58,620 nucleotides of DNA from Limisphaerales bacterium (GTDB lineage Bacteria > Verrucomicrobiota > Verrucomicrobiia > Limisphaerales > UBA11358). Both the position numbers and the translations under genes were made by a program. The DNA is taken from assembly GCA_003134375.1 (NCBI GenBank), contig PLAY01000182.1, forward strand, positions 1-58,620, written 5' to 3'. This document shows, one piece after another, positions 1-10,800 of the stretch. Numbering within the stretch: the first letter of the stretch is position 1; every line of letters starts with the position of its first letter. The notes under the pieces are model-generated. The model saw only the letters and a list, made by a program, of their open reading frames with translations, ran no database searches and had not been told where the DNA came from.

Positions 1-186
1 GGTTGAAGCTCCCACAAAGCTCGCAGCCGAGGAAGGAGCCGCCCGACTCGGATTCAGTGAACCGTGGGCACATCCGGTCGCGGCAACTGAATTGAGACGG
101 GCACAGTGGCTTTCCAAACGCCGACCAGGACACCGGCAGGAACTGTCTCGCAATCCAAATACATCACGCGGCATTCATGTCTGATT

Positions 187-441
187 ATGCAAACACCATC
201 CACAGCTCAAATTCGCACTGCCATCGAGGTGCTCAAAAAATTTGGCGAACATATCAATCACAACGCCGTAAACACGATGATCGAATTGTCCGACTCACAG
301 CTTCACGACCAACAACCTGGCCGCATTGAAGCCCGGACGATTGAACAAACTACACGCATCGAAACTGTCGCCGCGCAACTGGAATCCTGGCGTAACGAAT
401 TGCTGCAACAGGGGAGGCAATGTGTTTCTCATCATGTTTAA
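187..441 (+). CDS. Small hypothetical helical protein (84 aa from ATG 187; alternative GTG start at 106)
   Basis: Protein-like composition (MQTPSTAQIRTAIEVLKKFGEH...), followed by a hairpin and T-run. Confidence 0.5.
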   Translation: MQTPSTAQIRTAIEVLKKFGEHINHNAVNTMIELSDSQLHDQQPGRIEARTIEQTTRIETVAAQLESWRNELLQQGRQCVSHHV

Positions 442-459
442 GACAGGGCACGCCTTACT

Positions 460-480
460 CCTGCCGGGAGGCAGGTTTTT
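460..480 (+). terminator. Hairpin CCTGCC-GGGA-GGCAGG followed by T5; possible intrinsic terminator, may overlap a nic-like site
   Basis: 6-bp stem at 460-475 followed by ttttt, 19 nt after the stop at 441. Confidence 0.45.
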
Positions 481-489
481 GAGTCCGCG

Positions 490-860
490 AAGTGGTCGCG
501 GTTTGGACGCGGAATGTCCGCGCCATCGCCCGGCCTGCTGGCCGTGGCCGTGGCCAGTCCGCGACCGCGTCCAGTCCGAAACCAGTCCGCATCCGTGCCA
601 CGCCCGTGGCCGTGTCCAGTCCGTAACCGTGTCCTGGCCATGCCCGCAGCCGCGTCCGCAGTCAGTCCCTGTCCGCGTCCCTGTCCGGGCCGAAGCCGTC
701 CGTGACCAGTCCACGTCCGCAAACTATCCGTGTCCGCGTCCAGTCCGCAGCCGCGCACAGTCCATGACCGTATCCAGTCCGTGTTCGTGGACAGTCCGCG
801 ACCGTGTTGAATCCGTCAAATGTCCGGGTCACGGTTGCATCGCATCCGCACTGCGGACGA
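490..860. repeat. Degenerate direct-repeat field (CAGTCC/GTCCGY units, consensus about CCAGTCCGYRNCCGYGT); putative oriT-associated protein-binding array
   Basis: About ten CAGTCC cores between 555 and 800, e.g. ccagtccgcgaccgcgt, ccagtccgtaaccgtgt, acagtccgcgaccgtgt. Lies directly upstream of the traK/stbA-like gene. Confidence 0.7.
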
Positions 861-884
861 TTCATCTCCATATATTATCCGCGT

Positions 885-1316
885 ATGTCCGCATTTGATC
901 CAAACAATGTCCGCAAAGCGGTGTCGGAATTTACGCCGCGTCACCAGCAAAAGTTCGAGAACTTGCTGCCGGCCAAAGATGTCATCGTCGAGTTGCGGCA
1001 GAGACGGGCTTCGTTTCGTGCCATCGCTGAATTGCTCACGCAACACTGCCTGCCAGCCGGCAAGACGGCCATTGCTGATTTCTGTCACGAAGTGCTGGGT
1101 GAATCCATCCGGCCACACCGCCGCACTCCCAGGAAACGGCTTCCCGCCGTCGAACCGCAAGGTGAAACCAAGTTCGTTCTCCCTGCGCCAGTCACCACTG
1201 TGCCCGGCGGTCCGTCCAACCCCGAGGCTGCCGCAGATCGTCCACGCGGACCGCGCATAGCCCAAATCCGCAAACTCACCCCACAAAACAATGAAAAGAC
1301 TGATTCTCATCCTTAA
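885..1316 (+). CDS. TraK/StbA-like DNA-binding protein (HTH-like N-terminus, Pro-rich tail)
   Basis: ATG at 885. HTH-like segment IVELRQRRASFRAIAELLTQH. First gene of a triad preceding the T4CP; overlaps the next gene. Confidence 0.6.
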   Translation: MSAFDPNNVRKAVSEFTPRHQQKFENLLPAKDVIVELRQRRASFRAIAELLTQHCLPAGKTAIADFCHEVLGESIRPHRRTPRKRLPAVEPQGETKFVLPAPVTTVPGGPSNPEAAADRPRGPRIAQIRKLTPQNNEKTDSHP

Positions 1317-1983
1317 CGGCAAAGGCGGCGTTGGCAAAAGCTTCTTCGCCGTCAACTTCGTCCAGTATCTCAAAGACAAGGGCATTGCCCATGTCGCGAT
1401 TGACAGCGACAACGAGAACTCGACGTTGAAACGGTTTCATCCCGACACCCGCTTCCTGGACTTGTCCAAACGACGTGCGCTCGACGGCATCTTCGCCGCG
1501 TTGGAAAAGGCAAATCTTGTCGTAATGGACTGCCGTGCCGCGTCCACCGACCTGTTCATTGAATTCTTCACCGAAATTGACCTGTTCGCCGTGCTGTCCA
1601 CGCTCGGCGCAAAGCTCACGCTCGTCATGCCGGTGAACCACGAGTCGGACAGCGTGGAACAAATCCAACGGCTCACAGACGAGTTCGGAGACAAGTGCGG
1701 CTATGTTGTCGTCCGCAACGCGGCGCACAGCGACAGTTTCACGATCTTTGAAACGTGTGAGGTTCGCGCGCTGCTCAAAGACAAGCTCGGCGCGCGGGAA
1801 ATCGGCATGAGCCGGATGCAGGACTGGCTGGTTGAGGCGCTTAACACCGAGAATCTGACCATTACAGCGGCGGCGAAGCATCCCGCGTTCAGCCTGCTTG
1901 ACCGGCAACGACTTCAAACGTGGCAGCGCAGGTTTTACGCTGAAGTCGAATCTGCCGCCAACCTCCTACTGTCTTCAAAGTGA
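1291..1983 (+). CDS. TraL/StbB-like ParA/MinD-family P-loop ATPase
   Basis: Deviant Walker A NGKGGVGKS, IDSDNEN, VVMDCRA; 230 aa. Confidence 0.8.
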   Translation: MKRLILILNGKGGVGKSFFAVNFVQYLKDKGIAHVAIDSDNENSTLKRFHPDTRFLDLSKRRALDGIFAALEKANLVVMDCRAASTDLFIEFFTEIDLFAVLSTLGAKLTLVMPVNHESDSVEQIQRLTDEFGDKCGYVVVRNAAHSDSFTIFETCEVRALLKDKLGAREIGMSRMQDWLVEALNTENLTITAAAKHPAFSLLDRQRLQTWQRRFYAEVESAANLLLSSK

Positions 1984-2354
1984 TGTCCAAGCCCACCACA
2001 CAGCCGCCGGACTTCGACGAGGAATTCACCAAGGCCGTTGCCGAGTGGCGCGATAAACATCGGCTGCGAGAAGACGACGCGGTGATATTGCTTGTCGAAT
2101 TGTTCCGAATCCACCAGCAGCATTGGGATCAGATTCGTCGCCGGGAAATACCATCCTTTGAGCAGTTCCGCGCGGACATCACGAAGCTCGTCGGCGCGGC
2201 GCAGACATTTCAACAACAGTCATCAGCTTTGCTGGAACTGCTGCGAAGCCAGCCACCGGCTCACCGTGCCGCGAAAATCACCCGCGCCGCCGCAATCTTC
2301 GCCGCGCTCGCCACGTTGCTGGCCGGTTATCTTATTGGGAGGGCATGGAAATGA
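1983..2354 (+). CDS. TraM/StbC-like small protein with C-terminal transmembrane helix
   Basis: TGATG coupling to the ATPase; C-terminal AAAIFAALATLLAGYLIG. Confidence 0.6.
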   Translation: MSKPTTQPPDFDEEFTKAVAEWRDKHRLREDDAVILLVELFRIHQQHWDQIRRREIPSFEQFRADITKLVGAAQTFQQQSSALLELLRSQPPAHRAAKITRAAAIFAALATLLAGYLIGRAWK

Positions 2355-3835
2355 AACTCGGCCTCATTCCGTTCGACCCGATAATTCCGCCGCCAGACCT
2401 CATGCTCGCGTTGAGGAATCCGCAATACTTCTTGGCGGCTGGTGGGATTCTTTTGGCGCTCATCGCAGTTTTCCTCTTGTTCGTTCCTCGAAATCGCAAA
2501 GGCCATGCCGCGCGGCTCGGCGGTTTGAAGTGGAAGCGGAATCAGTTCTGTCGCGGCTGGCTCATCACCGGCGACACTGGCTCTGGCAAAACCAGTTCCG
2601 GCATCAACCAACTGGTGCATCAAGTTTTTCAAAACGAACCGACATGGGGTGGGTTGTGCGTTGACGAAAAAGGCGTGTATTGGGAAACGCTGGCTGCGAT
2701 GGCTCGTCACTACGGCCGCGAACACGATTTGATTCATCTGCAAATCCGCGCAAACGACACCAATGCACAGTGGACGCCGCCGAATCGCTACAACCTGACT
2801 GGCGACCGCAGTATTCCGTTCTCCACCTACGCCAAGTTTATCGTGGACACCGCGACGAGTCTTGGTCAGGGCGGAGACAAAGGGTTTTTCAAAAGCCAGG
2901 CGCAGACCCACATCGCGCACGCACTCGAAATGCTCTTTGAATTGAACCGCCCCGTGACTTTGCTCGACGCGTATGAATTGTTGTCCAATCGGGATTTGCT
3001 CGAAGAAGAAATGGAGAATCTTGAAAATCTCACCGAAACGCCACGCCGGGCCGCTGTTTACGCACACTTTCTCGACCGTTTTCTCACCCAACCTGCCGAG
3101 CAATTTGGTGGTGTCCGAGAAACCATTGGCAACTATCTGCAATACTTCCTAACCCCGGAAGTTGCCGAGGTGTTTTGCACCGGCGATAGCACTTTTGATT
3201 TTTCGGCGATTGACCAAGGCAAAATTATTCTCACGACCATGCCGCAAAAGTTTCAGACCGAACGGCGTTATGTGAACACATTCCTGAAGCTGCTTTATTA
3301 CAATCACGCCCTGCGCCGTTTCGACAAAACCAAGATGGATCGCGCGAAGGACAACTTGCTCATCCTCTGGGCCGACGAGGCGCAGCGGTTCATGACGGCC
3401 AGCGAAGACGGAACGAGCGATTACAATTGCGTGGACGTGATCCGCGAGGCGGGCGCCACCGTCGTCGCCGCCGCGCAAAGCACAACTTCGCTTGTGCCGC
3501 CATTGGGCAACGACAAATCAAAAGTCCTGACCTTGAATCTTCGCAACCGGATGATTTTCCGCTCTGCCGATGAAGCCGATGCCGTCCAAGCCGCTGATTT
3601 TATCGGCAAGAAACGGGTGGTAAAACGCTCATGGGGTTACAGCGCCGGCAAACGGAATGTGAATTACAACGAAACCGAAGAACACAAAATCAAGCCGCAC
3701 AAACTGCGCAATCTCCGCGACCACGAGTGCGTCTTGGTCCATTGCGAACGCGGTTTTCGCCGCGTGACGCTCCCGCCGCTTGAATCAGACGGAACGGTTG
3801 CGAAATGGTTTTCTTGGTGGAGACGGCTTTTCTAA
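2345..3835 (+). CDS. virD4: Type IV coupling protein (VirD4/TraD/TraG-like)
   Basis: N-terminal TM helix, Walker A GDTGSGKT, Walker B LILWADEAQRF, and IREAGATVVAAAQS. Confidence 0.8.
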   Translation: MEMKLGLIPFDPIIPPPDLMLALRNPQYFLAAGGILLALIAVFLLFVPRNRKGHAARLGGLKWKRNQFCRGWLITGDTGSGKTSSGINQLVHQVFQNEPTWGGLCVDEKGVYWETLAAMARHYGREHDLIHLQIRANDTNAQWTPPNRYNLTGDRSIPFSTYAKFIVDTATSLGQGGDKGFFKSQAQTHIAHALEMLFELNRPVTLLDAYELLSNRDLLEEEMENLENLTETPRRAAVYAHFLDRFLTQPAEQFGGVRETIGNYLQYFLTPEVAEVFCTGDSTFDFSAIDQGKIILTTMPQKFQTERRYVNTFLKLLYYNHALRRFDKTKMDRAKDNLLILWADEAQRFMTASEDGTSDYNCVDVIREAGATVVAAAQSTTSLVPPLGNDKSKVLTLNLRNRMIFRSADEADAVQAADFIGKKRVVKRSWGYSAGKRNVNYNETEEHKIKPHKLRNLRDHECVLVHCERGFRRVTLPPLESDGTVAKWFSWWRRLF

Positions 3836-3843
3836 ACATTGCA

Positions 3844-3990
3844 TCACATTCGTATGATGATGTCGTAAAGTTTCTTCAGTTTCTGCTCGCCGAGTTCCTT
3901 GAGGGAGGAAATCGGCTCATTGAGCGCCAACCGTCGAAAAGCCAAATCATAAACTTCTTGTTTCTCCAGTCCGAAGTCAGAAAAGTTCAC
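3844..3990 (-). CDS. 48-aa micro-ORF or gene remnant (MNFSDFGLEKQEVYDLAFRRLALNEPISSLKELGEQKLKKLYDIIIRM)
   Basis: GTG start overlaps the STAND gene stop (GTGA); amphipathic helical sequence; shorter than any ORF in the supplied track. Confidence 0.4.
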   Translation of the reverse strand: MNFSDFGLEKQEVYDLAFRRLALNEPISSLKELGEQKLKKLYDIIIRM

Positions 3991-6900
3991 GCAGTAAGCC
4001 ACATCTCTCTCCAAGCTTCTGCGAGTCGTAGAGGGTCCAACAAAAGCTTTGAGGCTTCATCAGACACATTTTGAACAGACTCACTATCATTATTTGAATA
4101 CAAGCCGACATCCCGGGCATCTGAGCAGGATCCAAAAGTCCCCAATATCAACAACAGACGGACAATGTGCTCGGTAGACGGCGACGAATCTCTGAGGCGG
4201 GTCTTCACTTCGGAAACCACCAGCGAACTTGGAAATTTAGCGATTCGCTCCATTTGATGACTGAAAACGACCGGCTTGCATCCTAAAGCAGATGAAATCA
4301 CATCGGCCATTGTTCCCTCGTCAGTCCGATTGATCAGCTCTTCCAAAGCCTCAGAGCTCAGCATGTGCCCAGGATGATTTTTTAAAATAACAACTTTAAC
4401 ATCTTTATCTGTCCCTGCACGTTTCGCAAATGCCCAGAGCATCCGCCGCACGCTTTCACTGTCGATTTGCTCGAAGCAATGTATCAGATCCCTTCGCTCC
4501 TCAGCGCTCATATCTCCCTCTGCGGAGAATAAATACTCAATAAGTTTAGCATCCTGAACATGGGTATAGTATTCTCCGACAGACCAGCCGCGTTGCATGA
4601 ACACGTGCCTCATCTGCTTGATAAGCCACTTTGGTCCCCCAGATTGCTGGCCTGCGATTTCAACTGCCCGATTCACAGTTCTCAGGCTGCCGTGCGCAAT
4701 CAAAGATTCGATTACACAATGATTATACGGTTCGTTCAAATCAACTTTGCTGGAAATGACTATTAAGGCATCAGCAGCTTCGTCAGTCCCAATGTTGGCA
4801 AGTGCGTCAAGAGCAAAGTCTCGAATGTGATGTTGGTTATCTTCAGCAACACGCGACAGCATTATTACGGCTTCTCCATCGCGCAACTCGCCCAAGGCCA
4901 GAACCAAGCCGTGCATTAGATAAAACGCGTCTGAAGATTTCATGTCCAGCGAACCCAAAGCCTCCCTTAAGTGCGGAACACATCGGATGCTTCCCAGACG
5001 TTTCAGCGCATGAGCCGCACTGCCGCGCAATTCAGGAATTCTCAAGCAATCTATTGCAATATTCTCAATTCTTACGTCAGGTATTTTCCCTGATAGGTTT
5101 AGAAGAACAGCCCTCACCTTATCTGAATTCGCATGTGTCCACCAATCAAGCCAGTCCGATATAGCTATTGATTCGGCTATATCGTCTCCTCTCATCCATG
5201 GGTAGCCGGTGTCCTTTCCAGAAAATATGATGTGCCTAATTAACGCAGGTTTGCGGCTTGAATTAGCAAGGTCTACGCCAAAACGGGCAGCCATATCGTT
5301 CGGGCCATCAACAAGCGAAGCAAGGCACCTCTCAAACGGCGCGGTAACAAGATGGCGAAGGTCTGCGCTCCTTAAAGAGATGTCATACCATAATCTGGAC
5401 GTGACTTCTTCTTCCTTCTTTCCACGTGCCGCTTCAATTTTAGCAGCAGTAAGATTTGCTGACTTCGCGAACACCTCAGTGGCAGCTGGAGAGCCCACTG
5501 CAAAAAGTGCGCGATTTTCATAGCTGCATAGTCCATTGTTGGACTGGAGTCGCTCATTCAAATGACCGACAAGCCGTTCATCGCCAAGATAGCCAAGAAC
5601 GGAGACGGCTTGTGCGTGCCTAATACTTTCAGAAGGCTCTGCAAGAAAAGCTATGGCTGTTTTGGTGAATGCTGCCTTAAAATCATCAGAGGTGTTTCGC
5701 AAAAGCGACAGAATATCTCGATGATAATACGAACGACGACCGTCAAACCACCAACACGCCCCAAGGAGAAGAGAAATGCCAGCAATTAGATTTAGGCGGA
5801 CAATACTATACGAAGCTACCAAATGTAACCCGGCGGGACATTGTTCCCATGGCAAAACCAACCCCGCCAATGTTTCGCATGCTTCCTCACAATGCACATA
5901 CCCGATTCGCTCAATCAAAAAAGCCATCTCCGGTCTTCTTGATTTCCAAAACACCTCTCGGCATTTGTTAAAAATGCTTCGTCTTGTTTCGGCTGAAAAC
6001 GTGTTCGGCCGCCCCTGAATAACCGCCAACGCCTTGGCATAGTCGTGACCGGCCAAAGCACTGGCAAAAGCATCTCCTTCCGGGCTGCCAGCTATTCGAA
6101 AGCCAATCCGGCCCAGGCGGGTTGCTGTTTTCGAGAATGTCTTGCCGCCGATAGATGAGGCCGCTCTTTGGCTGTCTTTTCGTATTTCTTCAATATCGGC
6201 CTCGGCGAGACAGAACTCGTATACAGTGTCTAAAACAAACCTGATGGCATCATTTTGACCCTCTATGAATTCCAATATATTTGCATTGATCAAGCGCTCA
6301 ACGGCTTCGCCAGGCGGACGAACAGGGTCAAATCTAGGAACACCAGACAGTTTGTCGACCGAAACATACGTTTCCCCTCCTGAATCGATACATTTAGCGA
6401 TTTCGATCATCACCCTCCAAAGCAATTCTTTAGAAAGCCGGGAAGAGGAATCTACTTCCTGTCCCAAACGACACAGCAGCCACAACTCGATAATCTCATC
6501 TCGTGTGTTCGGCAGCTTGGGCGTGCTTCCCGCCTTAACAATATCGACCCAGGCCCTCAACGTTAGCGGGTGCGTCAACTCCTGTCGGACTTCCTTCGGA
6601 GCGCTATCGAGAGCGCTTTCCTCAAGACCAAATGAATTCCAAGCCAGCCTCAGTTCGTTGGGTGAAAACCTTTCCGGCAACGTATATCCTAAAATCCGAT
6701 TTTCAGGCTGTGTCTTCTGCTCATCCGACTTTGATGCCGACTTGCGGGCATTAGATTTTGGAGGAGCCACCCATCGTTCCCAAGATTTGTCGGAGCACCG
6801 GCGCCAAAAATCAGGCCTGGATGAAACGATCAAAATACTTGCTCGGCCAACGGCTGATTCCAGCCAGAATTTTAGCGCCCGCCCCACGTTCTGGGAATTT

Positions 6901-7808
6901 CTAACCTCGTCCAGACCATCAAGCACAACAGTTAGAACGCCAAGAGACGAAATCGCTTTTGCCAAAGCGACTTCCTCCTGCATTTGAAGCGTGGAAGAGA
7001 GAACCCCCTGCAGTTTCTCCATCACGGCGCGGACCAGAGCATCGTCCGATTGAAATCCACAATCCCTGGCTTGCATCAATAGGACTGGCACACTTGCCCC
7101 TGATGATTCGGCAAAGGCGCAAAGCAGGCTTGTTTTTCCAACTCCCGAATCACTGACGACAGGAATCAACCGGCATCCCTTGTTTGAGCCGAATGCCTCT
7201 CGCCATAATTGCTTTAACTGAACATCGGCTTCGCGCGAAACGTAATGTTGTGGGTCGTAACGTCCTTTTGATTTGAAATCACTAATGACCGCTTGGCTTG
7301 CCAGATTGCAACTTGTCACGATGGCCGCGCTCGAAAGCCGGGAAAATGGGATTCCCAGATGTTCGTATCTCAAGTCCTGATATTTTTCATCGAGAAAGCC
7401 TGAAAGCTTTCGACCGTCATAAATCGCCCAAGGTTTAGTTTTAGCAGCCGTGCGAACTCTCTCCTCCCAATCGATTGTTTTATCCTTTGGTCCCTCGCGA
7501 TCTACATCGCGTGGAAGCGCTATGACAATTTCTCGAAGATTCGAAGAGGTTTGTAGCGCTAGAATTACATCATCGCAAATCTTGTTCCACCAGTCCCCGC
7601 TGTCGGTATTGTAACAAAAGGCAATTGAGCAGGTGCGCGCCGAATTTCCAACGTAAGAGTCTGGCTGGCCCTTTATGCTAATGCCTTTGTCATTCACGCC
7701 GTGAGTGCGCAGGTCGCGGTATCTTGACTCGACCCGTTTGAGAATCGCGTCAGCCAATTGATGAAATTGGCCATCGTGCAACCCCTGCAATTTTTCAAGC
7801 GTCGTCAT
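3987..7808 (-). CDS. Avs/NACHT-like STAND NTPase with N-terminal Mrr/REase-like domain and C-terminal HEAT-like repeats
   Basis: N-terminal FHQLADAIL...KGQPDSY; Walker A SDSGVGKT; Walker B VVLDGLDE; HEAT-like units such as AAHALKRLG, LALGELRD, ALDALANIG. Confidence 0.75.
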   Translation of the reverse strand: MTTLEKLQGLHDGQFHQLADAILKRVESRYRDLRTHGVNDKGISIKGQPDSYVGNSARTCSIAFCYNTDSGDWWNKICDDVILALQTSSNLREIVIALPRDVDREGPKDKTIDWEERVRTAAKTKPWAIYDGRKLSGFLDEKYQDLRYEHLGIPFSRLSSAAIVTSCNLASQAVISDFKSKGRYDPQHYVSREADVQLKQLWREAFGSNKGCRLIPVVSDSGVGKTSLLCAFAESSGASVPVLLMQARDCGFQSDDALVRAVMEKLQGVLSSTLQMQEEVALAKAISSLGVLTVVLDGLDEVRNSQNVGRALKFWLESAVGRASILIVSSRPDFWRRCSDKSWERWVAPPKSNARKSASKSDEQKTQPENRILGYTLPERFSPNELRLAWNSFGLEESALDSAPKEVRQELTHPLTLRAWVDIVKAGSTPKLPNTRDEIIELWLLCRLGQEVDSSSRLSKELLWRVMIEIAKCIDSGGETYVSVDKLSGVPRFDPVRPPGEAVERLINANILEFIEGQNDAIRFVLDTVYEFCLAEADIEEIRKDSQRAASSIGGKTFSKTATRLGRIGFRIAGSPEGDAFASALAGHDYAKALAVIQGRPNTFSAETRRSIFNKCREVFWKSRRPEMAFLIERIGYVHCEEACETLAGLVLPWEQCPAGLHLVASYSIVRLNLIAGISLLLGACWWFDGRRSYYHRDILSLLRNTSDDFKAAFTKTAIAFLAEPSESIRHAQAVSVLGYLGDERLVGHLNERLQSNNGLCSYENRALFAVGSPAATEVFAKSANLTAAKIEAARGKKEEEVTSRLWYDISLRSADLRHLVTAPFERCLASLVDGPNDMAARFGVDLANSSRKPALIRHIIFSGKDTGYPWMRGDDIAESIAISDWLDWWTHANSDKVRAVLLNLSGKIPDVRIENIAIDCLRIPELRGSAAHALKRLGSIRCVPHLREALGSLDMKSSDAFYLMHGLVLALGELRDGEAVIMLSRVAEDNQHHIRDFALDALANIGTDEAADALIVISSKVDLNEPYNHCVIESLIAHGSLRTVNRAVEIAGQQSGGPKWLIKQMRHVFMQRGWSVGEYYTHVQDAKLIEYLFSAEGDMSAEERRDLIHCFEQIDSESVRRMLWAFAKRAGTDKDVKVVILKNHPGHMLSSEALEELINRTDEGTMADVISSALGCKPVVFSHQMERIAKFPSSLVVSEVKTRLRDSSPSTEHIVRLLLILGTFGSCSDARDVGLYSNNDSESVQNVSDEASKLLLDPLRLAEAWREMWLTA

Positions 7809-7885
7809 TCGCCGCAGTTTGTGTGTTGATGGTTGAAAGTTGAGGGATTAAAGAACGGCATCTGTGTTTGAATTCAAACCGATGT

Positions 7886-10800
7886 TCAGTGCCACGCATC
7901 CGATATTTCGTCCAGTTTCTTGTGCAATTCCGCCGTCGCTTCCGGTTTCAACTCGCCTTCTGCCGTCACCTCGACTGCCAGGTTGAAACGGATTTTGATG
8001 CCGTGCTTCGCCTGAATCTCCAGAATGTCCGTCATCTTTTCGGATAATTCCTGAATCTCGTGCGGTTGCAGATGGGCGCTATAGGTCACGCCCTTGTCGT
8101 TCATCGCCCCAAATCCACCGCCACCACCCCCGCCTTTTGCTCCGGCGACGGCGTTCAAAATCATCTTGGCGGCGGACGAAGGATCACACGGCCATGGAAC
8201 CGAGAGGATGTCCGGTTCAATCAAACGGGCGCGAAGCGCGCCATCCACCGCCTGTTGCACCAGATACCAAGGCAATGGCCGGCCACGTTGCACCGATAAT
8301 TGCGCCAGGATTCCAGCCACGGTGGCCTTGCCATCCTTCCAAGCTGCGGGAACATTCGCCTGTAAAATCGCAGCGGCAACAATCGGCTCTGGCGGCGGCA
8401 ACAGCAGACTCGTATCCGTCAGCACGCCCGCCGGTATGGACTCCTTGAAAAGTGACGTCGGCCCGGACACCAGCCACAGGTCGCCATCGCCCACGGCCTT
8501 TTCGATGGCGGCGTTCACAACTTCGGCGCTCGCCTTCGGCACTTGCTGTCCTTCGTTGTATCCGCCGCGATCCACTTGCACCACCTTGCCGCCGGTGAAA
8601 TGCGCCTTGAAATCCGACAACGGCAATTCCGTTTTGGTTTCCCACAGGCCGGGCAAAATCCCTTTGCGCAGCAACGCGCCGGGTATTTCCACCAGTTCCG
8701 CCGCCGTGCTTAACACGACTTCCAAATCCGGGTCTTTCAGCGCCTCCTCATCGGGGCGCGTGCGCCACCATGTCCGCACCGTCTGGTCCGGGCGTTTCAA
8801 TCGCAATACGAAATCGCCCGCCACACAGCCGTCAACCAGCGTGTCCACGATGGCTGTGGCGCTTAACATCTTTGGTAGATGCGGATGTTGCGCGAACGCG
8901 CTCGCCAAATCCTTCACGCGCCGCAGGGTGTCGCCCGCTTTCCACAAATCATACGGGCCGTCCGGCAAAAGTGATTCCGCCGTGATTTTGGTTTCTTGCA
9001 GCCGCGAGCGGGCCGTGTCTGCCTTCAGCGTCATGAACAACGGATCATCCGTGATACTCAATTTGAACGCCTGGACGTCGTTCGTTTCCGAAACCGTCAC
9101 CATCATGCACCACGCCTGCCGGATGGCGTCCGGCACCAGTTTCTTCGCTTTTTCCATTTCCACCGTTAGCCGCTGCATCCGTTGCGCATCCACGCTGCCC
9201 TTTTTGGACTGCTCCCGTAGTTCCGCCTCCACTTGCTCCCACGCGAGCAGGTCAGCGATGCGGCTGGTCACCATGCCGAGGCCGTCCTTGGATGGCACGG
9301 CCAGAATCACCGCGTTGCGATACACACGCGGCTTGGCCGCGCCCGTCGTCTCATCAATGAATCGCTTCGCCACCGCCGACGGCTTGCCGGATTCCGACGC
9401 CGCCTCCGGCCCAAGCACGGCAAAATGAAACTTGCCGTCGTCCTCGATGTCCGCCGGCTTGTCCGGCAGTTGATGCACGCGCACGCCCAAACCCGAGGCG
9501 CCTTCGGTCAATTTCTTTACGTCGCGAATCGCCTTGTCGAGCCGCACGGCAATCAGTCCTTTGTCGTTTTCGATCAGCCGCTTTTTCTCGCGATGGATTT
9601 GCGTCAGGTTCGGCTTGTTGCCCAATCGCCAGTCTTCCGGCAGAGTGCCGCCTTCGGTCGCCGTGTATTTATCGTCCAGCCAATAGCTGTCCTGTGCCCA
9701 GCGCAGCAGCGCCTTTTCCAGTTCAATCCGGTCTGGATTCGTCGCCGCAACCGCCAGCTTCAATTCCCGCAGGTGTGCCTTTTGGCCTATCGGTTGCGAA
9801 TAAAAAAATGTCGTCAGCACCGCCTGCTCGATTTCCCGATACGCCACGCCCGCAAAATCCCGCTGGATTTCTTTCGCAAAATCCAACTCGCGGTTGAGGA
9901 TGCCATTCCACGCCACCTTTTGCCCGTCGGCGGATTGCGCGTCAGCAATCTCCACCAAGTCGCGAAGGGCGTCCGACAATCCACCGTCACCGGGCTTTTT
10001 CAAAAATACATTCGCGCCGACCACCGGGCAGGGATCAATTCCCGCCGAGTCGCGCAGCGCCATCGCGAACAGCCGCAGCACGCCACGCGTCCGCTGAAAT
10101 TGGTCCAGTTGCACCCAATTCGTGTAAAACACTTCCGTCAGTTCAGGGTGGAAAGGGTAGCTCTCCACATAGCGTTTCTCAGCCTCTGCGCCTTGCTTTT
10201 TTACGATTTCATCGTGCGCGGCGATGCCCTTGAACGCGACCAGCGCATGCGGGCGCAAGGCTTCCTTGTCCTTGATGCTTTCCGGCTTGAAGAACCGGCG
10301 GCGCAGCACTTCGGCCACGTCCTCCTTCACCACCGGCTCGACCGGTTCTTCTTGCTGCCGGGCGAAAATCTCTTTTAAGGCATTGGTGATCTCCTGCCCC
10401 AATTTGTCCATCCGCTTGAGCTCGGAAGCCAGCAGCGAAGCAACAATGGCACAGCGGTCGGTTTTTACGGCCGCTTGCGTCAGCGCCTGGAAAAAAGACT
10501 GGAGTTTGACCAGCCAGGTGCTGTCCTCGGCGACCTTTTGCCGCGCAAACATCAGCACTTCATCCAGTAGAATTAAAACCGAAACACCTTCGGCAATCGG
10601 CACGGCCAGTAAATCCACCAGCACATTTTCAGCCGGGGCGCTGTCGCGTTCGGCCATGCCTTTGCCGCCGTTCAGGATTTCCAGCCCCTTCTTCCCGGCC
10701 AGTTGCCAGGCCAGCACGCTCCACGGATGGAACAGGCGGGCTATCTTGCCGTTCGGGTCAGCCACATCCGCGCCCGTTTCCAAGTCCAGCTTGTCGAATG

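Noticed and set aside
295-898. Overlapping ORFs 295-714, 326-898, 438-758 and 514-705
   Set aside because: Low-complexity Arg/Pro/Gly translations produced by the GC-rich repeat field.
7866-7879. 14 bp palindrome GTTTGAATTCAAAC between the DUF499 and STAND genes
   Set aside because: Single occurrence with no loop or T-tract; it could be chance, and no function can be supported.
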